Assembly (NCBI RefSeq): GCF_006345805.1
Contig: NC_043020.1
Location: forward strand, 28,458,001-28,522,000
Reading direction: 5' to 3'
Length of the DNA: 64,000 nt
From: Octopus sinensis
Lineage: Eukaryota
The stretch's first letter is position 1; the number at the start of each line of letters is the position of its first letter. The position numbers were made by a program, and so were the translations under genes. The notes below the pieces were generated by a model. That model searched no databases, was not told where the DNA came from, and worked only from the letters and a program-made list of their open reading frames with translations. Positions 59,683 through 64,000 of the stretch are shown piece after piece.

Positions 59683-61009
59683 CTAAAGAAGAATCCATTT
59701 ACTTAAGGTGCCAGGTAGTGGAACTGAACCTAAGGCTACACAGTTGGGAAGCAAGTTCCTTAACCACATAGCCATACATATGCCTTATAGTTTATGAAAA
59801 TGTTAGATTTATTCAACAAAACAGGATCTGAAAAAATACATTCTTAGAAATGAAAGTATTAGGGAACAAAATTCAATTTACCCCTCATGACTTATTTTTT
59901 CATCCTAATTTGAAGAACCAAGTGAGTCAGGAAACCTCATTAGTGCAACCTAATTAATAAAAGTCACAGTTGTTAGCACACCAAGCAAAATGCTTAGTGG
60001 TATTTCATCTGTCTTCGTGATCTGAGTTCAAATTCCACTGAGGTTGGTTTTGCCTTTTGTACTCATGGGAGCTGATAAGATAAGTACCAGTTGGGTACTG
60101 GGGTTGATGTAAAGACAGATAATTTCACAAATCCATAAGCTCAGAATTACAATTAACCCTTTCTTTACTGAAGTCGATTCATTCAACTAAAAATTCTTCA
60201 AGGCAGTGCCCCAGCATGGCCATAGTCTAATGACTGAAACAAGTAAAAAATATAAGATTAAAGCTTATGGTAGACTTAACTTCACATCCAGGACTCAGGG
60301 TGATTCTTCACTGAGACATTTCTTAGAAAAAATTAAGTGCCTCTTGTATGTCACCAAATGCAGTAATTAAAATTTCCCATCTCATGACATAAAGTGTATT
60401 AGCACCCATTTTACTATTTGTTTCCCATGCAGATGTCTTCTCTGGGTATTCCCCCACACTCCACCACATTCAGTTATTCGGTATTTCGTGTGTGTTTCGC
60501 TACGTAACCTGTTGATATTTGACAGAAGGCTTTAGCAAGTGGGGGAATGCCAGTTGAGGAGGAACCAACCATTGTGCAGAGCCTCAATTCCTTTCAGTTG
60601 GTCGAAGGAATTTGAGAGCCTAGCAGAGCGTTTGATTGACAATTTATCCATTGTCCCTACGAGCACAATGGAAATTTCTTTGTGCTTCTAATCACATAAA
60701 TAACAATTAATATATTTCAAACAGTACGATGACAATGACACACACAATAATAATTGCAATAATAACTCATAATTTATAACTCACAATACATGTACAATAA
60801 TAATATTCTCATAATGGTCCTAATATAATAAAACATCACATAATAATCGGTTTTGTGTGTAAAGTTTGGCAAAAACCATTGGAAATATTTTCTGTTTTTG
60901 GTCTGTGTTTGTTTCAACCGAATACAGGAAATAGTGTGTGTGTAGGCTGCTTACTAAATATGTATTTGTTTGTCAGGGAGATATATACATGCGTAAAATG
61001 TACCCAGTG

Positions 61010-61165
61010 CATTTTGGAATGTGGTTGGCATTAGGGAGGACATCCAGTCATAGAAACCTTGCCAAACCAGACCATTGGAGCCTGGTGCAGCTCTCTGGCT
61101 GGCTAGCTCCTGTGAAACCATCCAACCCATGCCAGCATGGAAAATGGATGAGAAATGATAATGAT
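61010..61165 (+). mobile_element. Short copy of the RTE LINE 3' end
   Basis: Same terminus; tail-to-tail with the next copy. Confidence 0.85.
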
Positions 61166-61194
61166 GCTATATATTCATATGTATACACATACAT

Positions 61195-61510
61195 ATATCA
61201 TCATCGTCATTTAACGTCCACTTTCCATGCTGGCATGGGTTGGATGGTTTGACTGAGGACTAGCAAGCCAGGAGGCTGTACTAGGCTCCATTCTGATCTG
61301 GCAAGATTTCTACAGCTGGATGCCCTTCCTAACACCAGCCACTCTGAGATTGTACTGGGTTCTTTTTATGTGCCACCAGCATGAGGGCCAGTCACATGGC
61401 ACTTGCATTGACCATACTTAAATGGTACTTTTTATGTGCCACTGGCACAAGTGCCTTTCAGGCAGTACTGGCATCAACCTCTCTTGAATGGTGCTTTTGA
61501 TGTGCCACCG
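61195..61510 (-). mobile_element. Short copy of the RTE LINE 3' end
   Basis: Reverse complement of the 3' UTR. Confidence 0.85.
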
Positions 61511-61947
61511 GCATATACATATATATGTATATATAAGTGGAGGCGTAGCTGTGTGGTTAAGAAGTTTGATTTGCAACCATCTGCTTTCAGGTTCAGTCCC
61601 ACTGAACAGGTTGACCAATGCCTCAGGAGTGAATTTGCTTGATGGAAACTTGTCTGGCTATGAGGAAATATTACCATACTCGAAGGGAATAGGTGAGGGT
61701 TGGCAACAGGAAGGGCATCTGACCACAGAAAAACTGCCTCAATACACTCCTTCCAAGCATTGAAGAGTGGACACGAAATGATGATAATGTAGTTCATCTT
61801 GAAATAATTGGAAATCTTAACCATATTTGTCCAACATGGCAGCAGAAAGGAAATACAATGGCTTCAATATGTTTGTCTAATGTTAAATTTAAAAGTCTCT
61901 AATCACTCAATTATTCTATTTGTTTAATTATTGAATTCTTCTTTCAG

Positions 61948-62096
61948 TGATTTTTCTACCAGTTACTTGGCTAAAGCTTCTGATGGCCAGAAAATTTATC
62001 TCAGCATGTTGTCTGACTGGGATATGGATGCGGCCTGCCAGTGTGCTTCGGAACCGTATCTTAAGCTTAAAGTTGACCTGAAGCCATTTGAGGAAG
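61948..62096 (+). CDS. TBC1D25: TBC1D25 coding exon 3 (gene continues off the right edge)
   Basis: TTCTTCTTTCAG|T+DFSTSYLAKASDGQKIYLSMLSDWDMDAACQCASEPYLKLKVDLKPFEE+G|GTATGT, matching human YLSLLSDWDL..A...SKPYLQLRVD. 149 nt; phase fits exon 2. Confidence 0.93.
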
Positions 62097-62222
62097 GTAT
62101 GTCAAAATCTCTTCTTAGCCTCTTAAACAATAACAACAACAGCAAAAAAAAAAAAAAGTTAAAGTTAACTGTCTTTTTTTTTAACTAAAGTCGATGAACA
62201 ATCTTTTATGGATGTGCTTTAA

Positions 62223-62778
62223 CCCTTTAGCTTTCAGATTATTTTTGTCAAATGTAATGCATTTTATTCACATTATTTTGATTAATCGTGCATCCTTCGT
62301 GTCCGATGGCATCACTTTGTCTCTAACAATTCAGTGCGACACCAGTGCAGAATCACCTTCCTCCGACAAGTCATGCCCTCCGTCGTCAACCAGGAGAATT
62401 CATCTACGAAGCAATTGCCCCAGCTCCCCATCAGGGTTGGCGAAAGCAATGTGGTGGACAACGAAAGACCTGGCTGATCTGGAACCCAACCTAGGTCCCC
62501 CATATCTACGGCATTCGCCGCTGGAATAAGGAGTGGTTGGAGATCATGCGGTCGTTAGCCTCAAATCGCCAGGACTGGTCGGCGTTTGTGAGAGATGCAG
62601 TATTGAGGATGAATGAATGCTGTCTCAAGACAAGAAGATGAAGACTCATGCTTTATCTTATATCTTTGAGATTTCAATAGTGTAATTTTTTCTATTTTTT
62701 AGGATAGATGTGAGAGGCTGGATCTGGCCAGTTTGAACATAAAACGGGTGGAATATGGATGGTTCAATTGCAAAAGGA
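62223..62778. mobile_element. piggyBac-type MITE interrupted by an RTE fragment
   Basis: TTAA-CCCTTTAGC ... GCAAAAGGA-TTAA. The right part matches the partial copy at about 25080-25170, the left part matches 63362-63433 (reverse). Confidence 0.65.
62295..62625 (+). mobile_element. RTE-like LINE 3' fragment (third lineage)
   Basis: Frameshifted HALRRQPGEFI...GGQRKTW..DLEP...WNKEWLEIMRSLASNRQDWSAFVRDAV. Confidence 0.65.
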
Positions 62779-63139
62779 TTAAAAAGAGTATATGTGGAGT
62801 GTGAATGTGTTATGGCTGAATGGTAAATGAAATAAACTCTATATTTTCATTTGAAGATATTCACCACATACAATTCCAATTAAATCTGGCAATTTCTGCT
62901 TTTGTTTTTGAATTTTGCGGTTGAAATAGAAGGTTCAGGCTCCCATTATATTTAACAGAATATGTTTTTGTAGTTTTGGCCCTTTGCTATTTAAATTGGC
63001 CATATGGGGCTATAATATTTTATCTGTTTTATGATCAGATTGGTCAGATCCAACCTCTCACACCAACCCTACATTGTCAGTCTCAAAATAAACTATCACA
63101 TCACCAAAATGTCAAAGGTACAAAAAAATGCATGATTAA

Positions 63140-63357
63140 CCCTTTCGTTACTGAATTTATTTTGAGATGCTTTGTGTTTCTTTCAATTAATTTTAAATAT
63201 AACAAAGAATTTAGTAAAATGACTTATCATTAAACTGGTTTTAGGAACATAAATTGTGACTAAGGTTTGGTGGAAGATTTTAATTCAAAACTTTTGAAAA
63301 CAAGACATTTGTACTACAGAGCCAGAGGCGGTTTCAGCCGGGTTGGTATCGAAAGGG
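63140..63357. mobile_element. piggyBac-type MITE
   Basis: TTAA (63136-63139) CCCTTTCGTTAC ... GGTATCGAAAGGG TTAA (63358-63361). Confidence 0.85.
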
Positions 63358-64000
63358 TTAAATCAATACAATGTGAATAAATAAGCAGTACATATTTGAC
63401 AGAGTAATTTAGTAATTTGAATGCTAGAGTTAACATTTTTGGGATTAGTACTTGAGTGTGTGTGTATTCTTCTAGTAGTGTATATACAGAAACTAAGTAC
63501 GTCTCATTGTTTGTGTTTCTGTGTTGGCCTTTTTTAATTTCTGTCTTCAAATTTGATTTTTGGTTGAATGGCTCTCTTCAATATAGAAGATTGCTGACAT
63601 GGGGTACATCTGATCGGAACTCACCCCAGCAGAATTCAAACTCAGATGTGAAACCTGTAGACCAGTGTTTGGTTCCAGCCCCCCTCCAATCACATGAAAC
63701 CAAAAAGGTCACAGCTTTTGTTGGCTGCCCTCAATTAATGCACCCCAGAGTTAGCTCCTTTTCTTGCCAAACGTTTCACATATTCCGCCCACTGTGCTAA
63801 CTACTATGTCTAATTCACAAGGAGAAACAACCTCTTTGACCCCCACCTACTTATTGTTCTCATTATTTTGACATTTCAAATATTATGTAAACAGCCATTT
63901 AATAATAACTGTTTCCTTCAACAATTTAAGTCCCTTTCCCTCCAGTACAGTTGAACCAGATCTGCTGATGACCTAATCTCTTGTCTTACTCACCATCAAG

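Overview
AT-rich, repeat-dense metazoan genomic DNA. The SINE/LINE repertoire and microsatellite load best fit an octopus (coleoid cephalopod); this is inference, as no search was run. Three protein-coding genes are supported. RPL15 (minus strand; first coding exon 97-268 plus a putative 5'TOP non-coding exon near 1011-1045) continues off the left edge. UTP18 is a single-ORF gene (minus, 9294-10745). The 5' part of TBC1D25 (plus) has three coding exons at 29962-30015, 56579-56688 and 61948-62096, none annotated as exons by the ORF track, and continues off the right edge. The rest is mostly mobile DNA: a 3.4-kb 5'-truncated RTE LINE with an open 947-aa frame and at least 17 short copies of its 3' end, fragments of a second RTE lineage, CR1, R4/Dong and a Penelope-like element, several tRNA-headed SINE families, hAT/Mutator/mariner/piggyBac-type MITEs, a non-autonomous Helitron and long microsatellites. 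The most striking unexplained structure is a set of type I minimal hammerhead ribozyme motifs (20991-21035, 23186-23223, 59506-59550; decayed candidate at 54706-54752). They sit inside short non-coding elements with inverted arms and belong to two unrelated sequence families. Repeat boundaries were read by eye and are approximate unless TSD/TIR coordinates are given.
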